From Eledone cirrhosa (lineage: Eukaryota), in NCBI GenBank assembly GCA_964016885.1, contig OZ024740.1:227354001-227418000 (forward strand): DNA of 64,000 bases, written 5' to 3'. Under the pieces are notes generated by a model. It saw nothing but the letters and a program-made list of their open reading frames with translations, was not told the DNA's origin and made no database searches. Made by a program: the position numbers and the translations under genes. Position 1 is the first letter of the stretch, and every line of letters starts with the position of its first letter. Below, in pieces: positions 27,608 to 42,826 of this stretch.

Positions 27608-30600
27608 ATGGCTCTGTAGTATACTAGTTATCCTACATTGAGCTAAAACCACACTGTCATACCAATGACAGTATATCTGTGTGTCTGTGCACTTTAGTAT
27701 AATTGTCAACCAAACTATATATATATGCATATTATATCTATATTCAAATATATATATATATATATATATGCATATTATATCTTTATTCAAATATATATAT
27801 ATGTGTGTATATTATATCTATATTCATATTCATATATATATATATATCCAGCTGTTACCATTCTAGAATATTCGCCAGAAATATATTGTAAACCATCGAA
27901 AAACTCTCAATCATTTCAGAAATATTGACAAAACATAAAAACATTAATTTTCTTTATAATCTATGTGGGAAATATATAAAAAGTTTATTCTTCATCCCCA
28001 TTAAAAAAATCTTCTATCGCTATTATTATCAGATTTGTTCATGATAGACATTTTATTGTAAAAACAATGGTAGAATGATGCTGTTGTTGTTTAGCCCTAG
28101 GTCATTCCTAATTGAGCAAAGCTATGGTCAAAAGATACTCCAGCTTTGAACATTTCATCTTTTATTCAGACACAGTGCACCCATCATTACATTAGTTAAT
28201 GTGTCCTTTTTAGAAAGATTATGACTTGAGGAGAATTTGACTGTTGTTTCTAACAGGTTGGGCATCTGCTTAGAGGCTTTCTTATTAGTTCATCAAAATA
28301 AAATTATTGTTGTTTTGTTGTTGTTTACCACCATGTAACCTCAAATCAAACAGACTTGTTTATGTGTTGTTTTTAACTCCTAGATCAGCTTTGATCAAGC
28401 TTTCATAATGATCGAAGGCTTTCTAGACATGACCATCAGACATGACCATTATTCAATGTAACTTATTTCTAAAATAGTAGAGTGCTATTTGAGGCAGATT
28501 TGAGTGCTATTTCTTTCTTTCTTTTTAAACAAAGTTGATAACAAAAAATTCTACCTTCTGAATACTAATAAAATGCATTTGCTTATCACCTTAGGCATGC
28601 ATGTCATAGCTTTGATGCACCTGAACTAAACAATAGTAGATATGGTGCGCAAGATAAAACAAAAACTTAAGAGACAAAATGATTAGATTAGATGAAAGAC
28701 AAATAAAATAATACTGTAAAGGGGAACAGTGTTATCTCAGTATTCAAACCTTTCCAAATTTTGCAGACTTGTGAAAATAAAAAGTAGAACCTAAGATTGT
28801 TGACAAAAATAATGAGAATATCATAGAGCTTTGGTAAGAGTAAATTACGATTATAATGGAAGGAAAAAGAGTGACATGATCCCAGACATCATTCTCTTAC
28901 AGAGTAGGGTGGAACTCATCAAATCAGACTAAGGATACAATGTTGTCATTGGTGTTTCCATTGCTGATACTATCTACCGGTCACAACTCCTGGCAGAAAG
29001 AGCAATGTGAAATAAAATGTCTTGCTCAAGGACATAATTGCCTGGTTCAACGTCACGATTGTGAATCCAATTCTCTACTAATAAGCTACCTGCCTTTACA
29101 AAGAAGAAGGCTATTATAATAAACTGATTTATTCATCCTACTGCCCTCACCTTCGATGTTATATTTGCAATGTTTCCGCTCTCAACCCATCCTGCCCTCT
29201 TCTGTAGCATGTCATATCACACAAGCACTTGAAGAACACCAGAGTAAACAATCGCCAAAAGAATGTTATAACAACTAATGAATGTTATAACAACTAAGGT
29301 GAACATAGTCTAAATAAATCAGTTTATAATAATTGTTTCTACTTTTGGCACAAGGCTAGCAATTTGAAAGGAAGGGGAAAGTCAATTAAATCATCCCTTG
29401 TACATTACTGGTACTTTATTTTATTGACCCCATAAGGATGAAAGGCAAAGCTAACCTCAGCAGGATTTGAACTCAGAATGTAAAAAGCTGTAACTATATG
29501 CCACAAAACATGTTTTCCGAACTTCTACCAATACTGCCAATTGACCACCTTAAATACGTTTATGATAATAATTTTTCATCTCAGAAATTCAAACAAAATG
29601 TAAATTCTTAGACTAAAATCTATTTATGATATAATTTCAAATTCTTGTTAAGTATGTGTCTTAAGTTTTCATCCGTTTGAATTTGTTAAAATAAATAATG
29701 ATGATGTAAGAATGACACCAGGTTTTCTTCGAAGCAGAAATAAACTCCAAATTATTAAGGAGCTAAAAGTACTGGCATATTGAGTAGTAAGAATGTAAAA
29801 GAATATTGTTATTTCTTTATACTTCATATCTACTAGAAAACTTCATATTATTTTTATTCAAGATATCAAAACTCTTTGAGAATGGTGGCATATGTTTCTA
29901 AAATTGCAGAATACTGATGTAATTTACATTAATTTTGTGATACTTTGGTAGTGCAAAGACCTCTTTACACCTCCAAATCCAATGACATCAGTAAAAACAT
30001 CTCCAATAATAGAATTATATTATGGTAGTGCTTTCATGTCCTCAAAACCAATTTTCCTAAAAGTTTCTTCAGCTGAATTTCCCTTATCTTTGTCTCTTTA
30101 ATTCCCTCCCGTCACCATTATCCCAATCCGTTCCACCATCAGACATTTTCCCAGACTGACTCCTAATTTCATCACATTTCCTTTCCTAAATTATTTGATT
30201 TTATTTGCAGTTCATTCTATTATCTCATTGTTTTTACTTTATCTACTTTTAAAACCTTTTTTTTTGTTTTATCTGATTTTTTTTTGTTTTCTGTTTTTTG
30301 TTGTTTTATTTCTCTTTTTAATCAGGAATCTGCAAAACTCTTTCTTTCTGGGTGGGGGGGACAATCCTCATTACCTGATTATAGTGTCTTGAAATGGAGT
30401 CGGTGAATGGGGAAAATTCTTGGAAAATAACGCACATGTTTTAACTGGTGTCTTCCGTCTGGGAGAAATTTGATTAGGAAACATACCCAGCCCTTCTAGT
30501 TTTATCTGCATAATTCTAAATTCTAGCTGACACACATACTTCCTCGCAATATTTATATAATGATAACTAATTTTCTTCAAAACAAAGATTATATTAAACA

Positions 30601-31957
30601 AAAATGAATGTAGACAAATCCTTGGGAAAATTCCCACATTTTCATCCTCTTCCCCCATCTCTAAATAGAACAAATATGAGCTAGGTTCTATTACCTACAC
30701 ATTACCATTTCCCAACGACGGAATAGATTTCTTACTCAATGGTAAAAAAGAATCAGAAATAATCAGATTGACAATTACCGACATATTTTGCATCCTTCGA
30801 ATTCTTTAGCTCATTCAGTGTCCTTTAATCATCTTCACAATTGAAATGATATAGAATTAAAGTAATGAGAACGAAGATGATAGTGCCAAGAATAAAGAAT
30901 ACTGTGAAAGTTTACAACATAATTATAAGACATAACTGACTCATTATTTTAGTTTCCTATCATTGTTTTGCTTGTTTCTTTTTTGTTGTATGTGTGTGTT
31001 TTTATTAAATTTTGCTGTTGCCTTTCTTCTTTTCTCTTTGTTTTTAGCTTCATTTTCACCAGTTTTCCAGGTACCATTGTAATTTCCTCGTAGACATATG
31101 CCTGCTAATTTAAGACCCTATACAGATTACAGAACATAATGTTCAATGTGTGTTGCTATGATAAAACATTACTTTGAATTACTACTCATTTTTACTTTTG
31201 AGTTTCTTATCGTTTCTTGTTGTTGTTGTTGTTTTTCTTCCTTTGTCTGCTTCTCCAAATACCTTCACTCTGTTTGTTTTTTGTTTTGTTTGCTTTTTTT
31301 TTCCGAACATATTTGTATGAAAATATATCTTTTAATATATTCCTCATAAACATAAAGTTATTTCCAAACAGTGATGGACTCAGTTAAGGCTAAGTAATCA
31401 TATTATGACCAAAAAACTGGCTATTATAACTGAAAATATATATATAATAAATAAATTTAAAATATCATAAATTGATTTATTATGATATTTACTATTACTT
31501 TCCCAGGATTCAGTGAATTTATGGCTTCGGTTTTGACTCTATCTTATTTCATTGTTATTGGTTAATGAAACGGTTTGATTTAAAGAAGACATAGCAATAC
31601 ATTTAGACAGAAATTTGCATTGATATCTAATAACACATTATCTCAAAAACATGATTTATTCAATTTGTCTTTAAAAGTGAAATATTGCTACCTATTTTCA
31701 TATAAAATATATTTTTGTTCTTTGCCTCCTCTAAAAATATAGTCCATTAAATAGAGATTTGTACAGAGACAGACACACACATTATATATATTATATATTA
31801 TATATATTATACATATGTACATTATATATATTATACATATGTACATACATACATATACATATATATATATATATAATTCACATTTGTATAAAATACACTA
31901 AGCCATGTATTGCCACTTATCTCCCTTCTCTATTATTCAATGAGATATATCATCATC

Positions 31958-32003
<46 letters not shown>

Positions 32004-33978
32004 TTGAGAAAAGAAGTACATATAGCTGCTGGTAGTAAAATAGCTATAGTTAAGTTTATATCGATGACAAATGAAAATTGTTATGAAAAATTTCTTTTTT
32101 TTTTCTTTTCTTTTTCTTTTTTTCTCATTTTTTTTATTTCAATAATGAAAATCATGTATTATTATTATTATTATTGTTAAATCAGAAACCATCATCATCA
32201 TCATCATTGTCATCGTCATTGGAGGCAATATACAACAGTGAATGAAGAATATGTTGAAAAAAATTTAACAATAAGAATACTAAATTTTTGTTATTGTTAA
32301 TGAACATTATTCAAGAAAAGCTGCTTTTAGAAATATCTTCAGATTCTGACGCGAATCATAAATTTTTACTCAGATAAATATTGCAATATTTTAGTGAAAG
32401 TTAACCCTACACATAAGATAAATACCGAATACCCAACAGGAATACTTATCATTAATCTTTCATTACTGTATTTTTAATAAAAGGTACTAGCAATGATTTT
32501 CAAATTATTTCGAAACATTTTTGAGAATTTTTAGGGGTTTTATTATTAAACCAGTTTAGAACATAACAAAAGCTCTTACATAAAACTAAGATTGATGGTT
32601 TTAAGATAAATATATACACTTTAAGATATACAGTTTTTATCATAGAACCAGAGGCAGTTTCAGGTGGTTTGGTATTAAAAGAGTAAAGGCTTGATCAGTT
32701 GCTGACTTTCAATAAAGTCTGATCAAGAATTTGAAAGGATTTAGTAACTTTAATAACGTTCTCATTATGAAGCAGCCCATAAAACATAGCTTAGAAATAC
32801 AAATGCAAAATACATTGATTATTTGGAGGTCCTACAATGTGTGTTTGGGAAAAATGCCCAAGTAATAAGAAAGTAGGATAAGAAGAAAAAAGAACTCAGT
32901 GAAGTAAAGTAAAAGAGTGAGGATAATAGGAAGTTATCTAATCAATTTTTAATGATCCCACACCTTAATAGAGTTAGGATGAGGGTTTAGATAAAGATAA
33001 ACTCTTTAAAATCAACAGTTTGGTATTGTAGAATCAGGGGCAGTTTCTTGCAGTTTTGTATCAAATGTGTTAAAAGTGAAATAAATCAGTATAAAGCAAT
33101 ACAAATAAACATAATGAAAATAGCTGTAAGAGAACAATTTTATGAAAATTTTACCATTTATGGTCTAAAGTAAAATACTTCTTCTGTCTCATTTTTCGTT
33201 TGTTGATTTGTTTTATTTTTTAACTCTTACTGTTTAGTCAGGAATGGAAATGTAGTGTCCTTAACAATTTTCAGTGCCTCAGACGAAGGAGGGAGGAAAT
33301 AATCCTAAAACCTAGTCAGAATGCTTGCAACAGAGTGGACTCTGGTAAAGGTACTCATGAGCCAAGTAACTTTAAACTCAGAACACAGAGGTGAAAAAAA
33401 TACTGCAAGGCATTTCATTCAATAATGTAACACTTAATCAGTTCACTGCCTTGGGCTGTATCCTTATTTCATTTATTTCCAAAACATCAACCTCTGTGTG
33501 AATTGAACTCAGAGCACAAAGCATTTTGTCTGATATGCTAACAACTTTTCCATATAGTAACCTATTGTCAACCATTGCCTTTAAAATATATATTATGTAT
33601 TTCAAAACTTATCTCATTAACCTTACATTGATTTACTATCTTGGTAATGAAATAATTAATTATTTTAGTAAATCACTCAAAATTCTTCATTAATTAATTA
33701 AAATACAGTGTATTTCATAATAAATGTGGTCATAAAAGGGTTAAAATATATATTTTCAATTTCATAACTCCTAGAATCATTCATAATAATTACCACATGT
33801 AGCTATTATGAATGTAAATTCTACTTTCAAAATTGTCAACTGGGAGGAGTATAAAGTGGTTTTACTTGAACCAAATCTTCAGTTTTTCTTAATTACTCTC
33901 AATTAGATGGTTATTATTAATACAACTTGGGGAAGTGGATTGGCAGAATCATTAGATCATCAAGTAAAATACCATAGG

Positions 33979-34186
33979 CAGGCATGTCAAACTGAGGGTC
34001 ACCCGAGGGCCACATGGGGGCACATATGTGTTGTCTGAGGGCCACACATGACAACTAATTGTGCACATTACAACTAATTTTTTTATTTTATATTACGAAG
34101 ATAAAACATGCTCGTGCTGTAAAAACCTTTGTGTGGGCTGTAGGTGTGCTTGTAAAGAGCTGCATGCTACATGTTTGACATGCCTG
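33979..34186. mobile_element. hAT-type MITE inserted into an old family-D-like SINE
   Basis: Perfect 14-bp TIR caggcatgtcaaac/gtttgacatgcctg. Imperfect ~8-bp TSD accatagg/ccataagg. Confidence 0.8.
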
Positions 34187-37100
34187 CCATAAGGTATTTA
34201 TTTATGGTTCTTTATGTTCTGAGTCCAAATGCTATTAAAGTTAACATTGCCTTTCATCCATCCAATGTTGATAAAATAAAGCTCTAATCAAACACTGGAA
34301 TCAGTGTAACTGATTTATCCCCCCACTCATCCCAAATGGCTGGCCCTACGTCTGAATTAGAAACCATTTTTATGCAACTGAGAAATCTAAATATCCCTTA
34401 AAAATAATATTTGGGTTACAGTTATGACTGTGTGGTTAAAACAATGTTTTACAGATAGATGCCCTTCCTGGTGTCACCTCTTTTAGTCATTACTTACGAC
34501 ACATATGGATTTGGTGTGTCTAGTCTAAACTGGATACACAGAGAGGAAACTGTATATTGGAGCCCCCAATAAAAATAGTCTGTGGTATTTGGATACTAAG
34601 TTAGGTTGCTTTGTGTTAAATGTGGACTTAGACACCCAATAGAAATTGATAAAATAAGTACTGAAATAATTACTGGAGTTAATATAATCTCAATAAACCC
34701 TAGAAGATACTGTTCAAGATGGACATTGTTCAAAGACAGAAACAAGTAACAGAATAATGGAATATATTCTTTCATACTGAAAGCTTACCAAAAATAAAGT
34801 TGAGAGGACCCTTTAGTCATGGCAAGGACATGACAGCCTCTCTTGTGTTGGTGACCTACACAGTAAATGCACCCAGTACACACTGTAAAATGGCTGGTGA
34901 TAGGAAGGGCATCCAGCCATAGAAGGCTTGCCAAATAAAACATTGGGAAGACCCTCACTTGTGTCAAAGACATGACAACCTCTCCTGTGCACTTAGTAGA
35001 ACATGAAACTGTACATAAGCTACATGCAGATCCCTGATCTGTCCAGATCAGTAGCTCTGCTTCAGTACTGACTTGATCTATGTACATCCATCCAACTCCT
35101 GCTAGCTGAGAAAATGGACATTAAAATAATGATGATGATGATGATGATAATGATGACAATGATGGTGATGATGATGATGATGATGATGGGGGTGACGATG
35201 ATGATGATGATGATGATGATGATTCTTTTACATAGAAAATGACAGGCAACTAAACATTATTCTTCTTTTTTTTATCCATTAGATCTCCATTAGTTATTCC
35301 ATTCTAACAAGACTGAAATATTACAGTTCTTTCAAGAATATAATAAAACTACAATAAAGAAACTATATTTCTGTTAGTTTATTTTGTGAAATGAAATTGT
35401 TCATATTTTACTAGATTATAATGATTTAACTTGAACTTCTTTTGGTGAGTTAGAGTCAAAGCTATATCTGTTTTTTTGTTTGCATGGGTTGGATGAATCT
35501 TTGAGGAAATCCTTAATTAAAATTCTAGTACACAGAAATTAATTACAAAACACAGAATCATTTTCATTAAATTCTAATAATCTTTTCAACAGTTGATTAA
35601 TATATTTTTTTGGTTAGAGGATAGTGGATAGCTTATCAATCTTAGTTTATTGATAAACAATGACATTGATGTGGGTTCGCAGCTAGAGAACTCTTTATAT
35701 ACTTTGACAGACTTAGATCAATTAAAGATAGCAAAATAGAGCATCTTCATAGAAAATAACATATGTTACAGTTGTGCATTATTTGCTGACAAACTACTGA
35801 AACTCTGTGTATATCTTAAACAATGTTAACTGCATTTTGTCAGTAGTGTACAAATACTCAGCTTAGCAATACTTAGTTAATTAATAAAATACAGTATTTA
35901 TCAGAGCATGACTGTGAGGCTGGCTAATGTCTCAAGGTGCCACATGCTCTCTGTCAAATGATAATGCAATGAGTCACTTTTAGAATCTGTTATTGACATG
36001 TAGATTGATGATATTCAATCACATTTGGGGGTTGGATGGATGTCCTGATGGGTTTCCATTATGATGTCCTTAGGGTGGCAGCTGATGTTTTTCATAGCTT
36101 TTAGCATGATTAGAATTTATTTCATTAACTTAAAAGTTGAAGATGGGGAAAGTATTTGAATGGAAATTATATCTTGATATAGAAGCAAACAGTTACACAC
36201 AAATTCTCAGACCACTTTTACAGATATAGTTTGTTGGCCACGTAATGTGGGCCATAAAACGCATAGAATGATAAATATATAGGATTAATAAAATAGTTAG
36301 AACAGCTAAATGTGCCTCTGTGTGTGCATGAGTATGCATGTGTGTGTGTGTGTGTGTGTGTGTATATTGAAATGTTCACATAATCTATATTACATGTATA
36401 CATAACTGACAAAACCTCAATGTATAGGAATAAATTAGGCATTGAAATAAATTGCAGTTTCTCAAATAATTTTATTGCTGCATTATAATCACGGAGATTA
36501 ATTTAAACTATTGATTGAAAATATGTCTCCACGTTTTATTTCGAAGTGAAGAAAAACAAAAAACCGAAAAAAAAGTACATTCTGTTTTCTTTTAAAGATA
36601 TAAACAATGAAGAAGACAGCAAATGAGAAAGATCCAATAAGGTTGATTGCTGCTAGTAATTTCCTTTGTAATAATGTTCTACAAAATGGCATTAATAAGA
36701 TAAAGGTGACAAATAACCCCAAGCCTAGTTTATTTAATGATAGTGATGACTATAAAGAAAACTAATTGATGCCATTTTAGTCCCATAAGACATCTGGTGT
36801 ATCTATGGACATTTCAGAAATGAGTAAATTGCAAATAGAATTACAGAAATAATACAATGTAATCAATCTTACTAAATATTCTGCTGAAAATCAATTAAAA
36901 CATCTCTGCATTAGCAGTTTGTGTAAACACCGTGCCTAAAATGAAAAATCTAGTTTTAAGAACGAAGCAATCCCCAAGGTAAACAGGAAGTAGTAATATA
37001 GGCACCAAGAGAAGTGAAGGTCTTTCTCTTAATGTTTCTTCTTCACTGGATCAGTGCATTCTGAGTGGAGTCAGACAATAAATCATTCAAGCCAGTTTCT

Positions 37101-37994
37101 TCATGGTTCTCTAAGAGGAAGGAGAACAATAAAAAAAAAAAGGTTCTCACATAAAGATACAGTTACAGAGTAATTTGCAAGAATAATTTTCGAAAGTAAT
37201 TTGTAAAAATCCTATCATTTATTGCTGAAACCTAGACCACAGTGGGATAATAAAATTTCTTGTCCAATGATTATATGGAGATTTAATTAATGAGGTTTCA
37301 TTCTTCAATCTTTATTCAAGAAAGAAATGATGATGAAGTAGAAACTTATGTTATGGTCGTGTAGTTTTTCTGAATTATTTTTGAGTCATACTGGTAATCA
37401 AAATTACATTTATGTATTCTGAAAAATACAATGTGTATACTTACATACATCATCATCATCACCATTATTATTAATTCAATGCTCATTTTCCTCATACTAG
37501 CATGGGTTAGATAGATCTGCCATCCTTGATATTAACACTCATCCAAAACCTTTAATATCTTGTCTAATAAAGCCCATGATCCTCAGCCAAATTTATCTCA
37601 GCAAACTCCATACTTTTGGTAAAATTAAGACCCTATTTTTAAAGTTATGCTCTAAATAAGGATGGAATAGGATAGTTCACATGTCTGAAATTTGTTTATT
37701 GGCTGCCATCGTGACTTAGATATTCTCTGGGACACAAAGCTGTGTTGAAACACAAATCTACTAAAACATCCTAACATTCAAGCAGACAGCTAAGTATGAA
37801 CTCTTTCATTTCCAATTTTCTAATGAAAGATGCTGTCTATGAGTTTCAACAAATTTAGAAAATAATCAATAATTTGGAGGAATTTAATAATATAATTAAT
37901 TTTCTCATTATTATTGGGACATAACTTAACAAAATTTCTTACATAAAATTATGATGGAAGGTTATTAGATAAATATAAACATTCTAAAAGAAAC

Positions 37995-38268
37995 AACTTT
38001 GCATCATAGAACCTGAAGCATTAATCGATGTGTGTGCTGGAGAGACAATTTCAATTTGGTTATGGGAGGCAAATAAACAATGAATGCTGAATGAAAATGG
38101 GTCATGTGTGTTTAGTGGTGTGTACCGAATGTGAAGAAACAGAAGACAGGGCTACGGTCAGGTCTCAGGATACTAAGCATAACAGTTGACATAATGAAAG
38201 ACCAAGACAAATGGCAATATGCTCTAAAGCAAACTTGTCCAACACTAGCAAAGAAAAATCAACATTAA
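37995..38268 (+). mobile_element. Old degenerate RTE 3' end
   Basis: ...atgaaagaccaagacaaatggcaatatgct...cttgtccaacactagcaa...aaaatcaacattaa resembles the 3' end of the 4123-4350 element. Confidence 0.5.
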
Positions 38269-39879
38269 CCCTTTTGGTACTAAATTGCCTGAAACCACTT
38301 TTGGTTTTATGATACTCAGCTGTTTATTTGAAAGTCTTTCTGTAAAAACATTCTGTCATTATTTTTATGAGAACTTTCATTAAGTTCTGCTTCAAATATC
38401 AGTTATATAATGAGAAAGTTAGTTATATAAATCAGTGTAATTCATTATTTTCAAAATTATAAGCAGTGTCTGCTTTCATTAGAAATAAGGTAACAAATGG
38501 GTTAAAATGTTGATAATGATGATGATGGTAATAATGGTGATGATAATTATGATGATGATGACAATGATCATGATGATGATGAGGATGATGATGATGATAA
38601 AGGTGATGATGATGACAATGACGATGATGATGATGATAAAGGTGATGATGATGACAATGACGATGGTGATGATGGCATCCAAGATGATTTTTGTTTATTT
38701 ACATATTTTTGCTTGACTGCCAAAATACTTGTATAAGTCTCTTTGTATAAGCATCAAAGTGCATGTTGGTACAAATCAACATCTCTAGCTACTGATCCTT
38801 TAGTGTACTAGTAAATACAAGTTGGTGTCAAGTCAGTGAAATATTCTCAATGCTCTAAATTCTTTCATATATGGTAATATATTAAAGAATCTGCTTAGAG
38901 AGAAAATAAAGTTAATATGAATTAGATATTAGCATCACACAAAAGCATCTATAAATACACACACTTGTTGGAATGAAAACTGTGCCCTCTCATACACACA
39001 TATTAATATATACATGCATTTCTACATTGGTCTTTTAAAACAAGTCTTTAATGTTACACAGCCCCAACAGACAGTTGACACAACTACAAAAAGACTGAAT
39101 ATTAATTTAACATTGCATTCAGTTACACAGCTAGCGTGCATTTATATTTGTGCATGCTCATATTATGCAGGTGTAGAAAGTTCCATATGAAGACACATGC
39201 TTTCAGTGGTTGCTCACCACCATTCAAGTGGTTTCTCAGAGAAAAAGACAGAAATATGAGCTGTGTAAAGAAGATTATAATACAGAACACTTGTGCACTT
39301 ATAATTGGTTTATATGTACTTTAGAACTACACATAGATGGCAAAGCTGAACACATGAATAGCGGCCTTTTGCAGGCAAGCAGCAGGAGGTCAAATTATTA
39401 ATTCTGTTTGTAATCTTCTTATAAAAGATAGACCTAAGTATGATTTCCATACAAGGATACATCTTACTGATTCAATCAGCTATATGATACAGTCAAAATA
39501 TCTTAAATACACATATACATACAAACATGTATTCATACACACATAACCAGGTTTGTGAATAGAGACCTTTTGTTAAAGAATTAAATTTACAAGATCTAAA
39601 TTTACAGAATTCATATTGGCTTCAAGACATTCTCTATGATTTCACATAATATAAATTAATCAGTTATTAAAGGATTAGTAAGAATATTGTCAACTTTCTC
39701 AACAAATATATAAGTGAACCAGCATAGGACAAAATGTCTTGTAGTATTTGTACTGGTGTTTTGTGTTATTAAGTTCAAATTCCATTGTGATTTACTTGGG
39801 TGGTAGTCTTAATCTGTCACCTGTCACTCCCAGTTACTTCAGTGCCATTAGTTCACTCTGTTGTAAACATTTGAGTTAA

Positions 39880-40097
39880 CCCTTTAGCATTTAAACCAGC
39901 CATATCCAGCCAAAACTCTCTCACCTCTTTCTGTTCAAACTGGCTTAATTAGCCACTTATACTGATGTTAAGGTATTGTTCTCAAAATAAATGATATCAA
40001 AATCTCTTAGATGCAAGATTATGTGAGATAATTATATGAGATAAAGTGTTTGCTGTGAAAATATATTAGTATATAGAGTAATGTGAATGCTAAAGGG
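39880..40097. mobile_element. piggyBac-type MITE
   Basis: ttaa|ccctttagcatt ... aatgctaaaggg|ttaa with an intact TTAA TSD. Confidence 0.85.
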
Positions 40098-40847
40098 TTA
40101 AGCATCTGATCTGAGGATATCTTTCTCTCTCCATCCCACCACTCTTCGGAGAGGAGAGGCTGAAGAGGATCATGGGTGTTGACGTTCGCTCCCTAATAAA
40201 AAAAAAAAAGCACTGCAGCTGAGACATTGAGAGGTTGTGCTTATTTTCTGATGACCACTTTTTTTTAAATTACACCTCAGACATTATACTGTGTTGTCAG
40301 ACATAATAGATTACCATTTTTGCCTCACTCAGAAATAGTTATCAGTTAAATTCTGTATGTATCCAGTTTAGATTAAGTACACCATATCCCTGCATGTTGT
40401 AAAAGGAAACTAAAAGGATTCGTGCCAGGAAAGACCTCTAGCTGTAAAAGATTACCTCAGAAGCCTTCCATGGGACCCACAATGCTAGCACCTGCTAAAG
40501 CAGAATGGCCTTTACATCACAATAGAAAGACAAACACATAAGAGTCTTGTTCTAAAACTGTGATTCTTGAAATTTACACTCCCCCTCTCCTCCATTCATT
40601 CCAGTATAGATAAAACAAGATAGACTTAATCTGCCACTCCTTTTTAACTTGGTTCCCAAGCAGTTTATATCTGATAAATTTCACCCACATCATATTGGTC
40701 AACAAAATCTTACATTAGAAAATGTCCCAAGATGCCATGCATTGGATCGAGTCAAGAAGGAAGTAGCAGCAAATGAAACTTCTTAGTCACACTGACCATG
40801 CCTACAACTCGATGAATAGGATTTTGTAGCAGCAGCATGCTTTTTTT

Positions 40848-41128
40848 GGAGGTACATGGCCATGTAGTAAGGATGTTGGACTTACGATCATAATGTCATA
40901 GGTTCAATTCCTGGGCTGAGTTGTGTGTTATGTTCTTGAGCAAAATACTTCATTTCACATTGCTCCAGTGTCGTCAGCTGAAAATGAGTACCAGCAATAG
41001 TTGGGGGTTTAACCCTGCGATGGATTGGTATCCTGACCAGGAGTAAGTCTTGAACTCTCAATTGCTTCACACCACAAAACTGTGATAAGCACCAGCCTGA
41101 TGAGCCTCCCGGCTTGAGACAGACTTTT
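40848..41128 (+). mobile_element. tRNA-derived SINE family B
   Basis: B-box ggttcaattcc, central aaccctgcgatggattggtatcctgaccagg and 3' gcctgatgagcctcccggcttgagacagactttt. Confidence 0.8.
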
Positions 41129-41649
41129 AGCATGCATTTTCAGGAATTTTGTCCTTGATAAAGCAAGGGTTAACCTTGTGGGGCCCATTTAAAGCTTTGA
41201 GCTCATCATAGGAACGTTTTTGAATCAAGGTTTGTAAGGCCTGATGCCCATCCCAACACCAATTATTTTAATCATTTCTTATGATGCAGTGTACTTATTC
41301 CAAACCAGTTACAAGTGACAATGACTGAATAAGATTTTGTATAGAGAAATATTTCATGGTACTATTGTACCATGAAAGCAGACAAACATATTTTACTTAA
41401 TTGGCTCAATACAATGGATTTGATCATATAGTTTCAACTACTGTCCTATTTATTCTGTGTTTATTTATAAAATTGGAAGTGTCTGCCAAAAGTTAATGCA
41501 TTGTCAAGCATTTTTTTTCTCAACCACCTATTATTTCTTTTCTTTTTATTTATTTTCTTCCATTTTTAAACAAAGTCTGTTTTTAATAAAGAGAGGAAAA
41601 CTTCAAATTATTGAACAAAGGAAAGCAATTAGAAATGGAAAGAAAAGAT

Positions 41650-42190
41650 TATGAAAGAAAAAGGGTGAAAAGGGGGAGAAAGAAAGGGATACAAAAGAGA
41701 GAGATAGGAAAGGAGAAAGATAGGAGAGAAACAGAGAAAGTGTGAGATATAGAGGGAGATAAGGATAGAGAAATAGGGGAGAGATTGAGAAAAAGAGAAA
41801 AATGGGGAGAGAAAGTGAGAGTGATAGGGGAGAGAGACAGAGAAAGAGAGAATGATGGGGAAGAAAGAGAGAGATTAACAGGGGAGAACGAGAGAGAGAG
41901 AGAGAGGGAGAAATAGGGAGAGAAAAAAAAGAGTGATATGGGAGAGAGACAGAGAAAGAGAGAATGCTATGGGAGAGAGAGAAAGAGAGAGTGATAGAGG
42001 ATAGAGATGGAGATAGAGAGTGATAGGGGATAGAGTCAGAGAAAGAGAGAATAGTATGAGAGAGAGAAAAAAAGAGAGAGATAGGGAGAGTGAAAGAGAG
42101 AGTGATAGGAAGAGAGAGAAAGAGAGAGAGAGATAGGGGATAGAAAGATAGGGAAGAGAATGAGAGAGATACAGAAGACAACAAGAGATT
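41650..42190. repeat. Long purine-rich (GA) low-complexity tract
   Basis: Almost exclusively G/A on the + strand, with degenerate gagagagaaa/gatagggg units. Confidence 0.9.
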
Positions 42191-42685
42191 TATACCGACA
42201 ATGGTGTTTTCTGTCTCATTATTTTGTAAACTTGAAAAGTATCAAAAATCTTTTCCTGCAAATTAGATGTTTGCTAATCCATGCATGATAAGTTTGTAGA
42301 ATCAAAGGATTATTGATATAAACAAGAATTATAATTTTTCCCATATTTTTCTTCTCCACTGATTGTCATTTTCCTTTCTCCCTTCATTTATTGAAACATT
42401 TTTCAATTGTTTTTTTTGTTTTTTTTTCATTTTTTATCATTTTTTTTTATCTATCTTGAAGGAAAATGGGAAGATGTGAAGACATACATACATACATTCA
42501 TTCATATATATATATATGTATGTATGAATGAATATGTATATATGCTTGTGTGTGTGTGTGCATATTTATATATATATATTATACATATATATATATGTGT
42601 GTGTAGGTGTGTGTGTGTGTATGAATATATATGTATATATGTATGTACACTTACACACACATATATGTGTATGTGTGGCCATTTT

Positions 42686-42826
<141 letters not shown>

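Noticed and set aside
33272-33325. CAGACGA-AGGA...TCCT-AAAA-CCTAGTC hammerhead-like trace
   Set aside because: Both core halves are mutated and stem I does not pair, so it is too degenerate to call.
41095-41125. CTGATGA-GCC..GGC-GAGAC at the 3' end of SINE family B (also 63624-63650) as a hammerhead
   Set aside because: No GAAA and no stem I/III. It is better explained as a simple GAGCC/GGCTC terminal hairpin of the SINE.
41603-42184. 193-aa Ser/Leu/Phe-rich ORF
   Set aside because: Translation of a GA/CT low-complexity tract.
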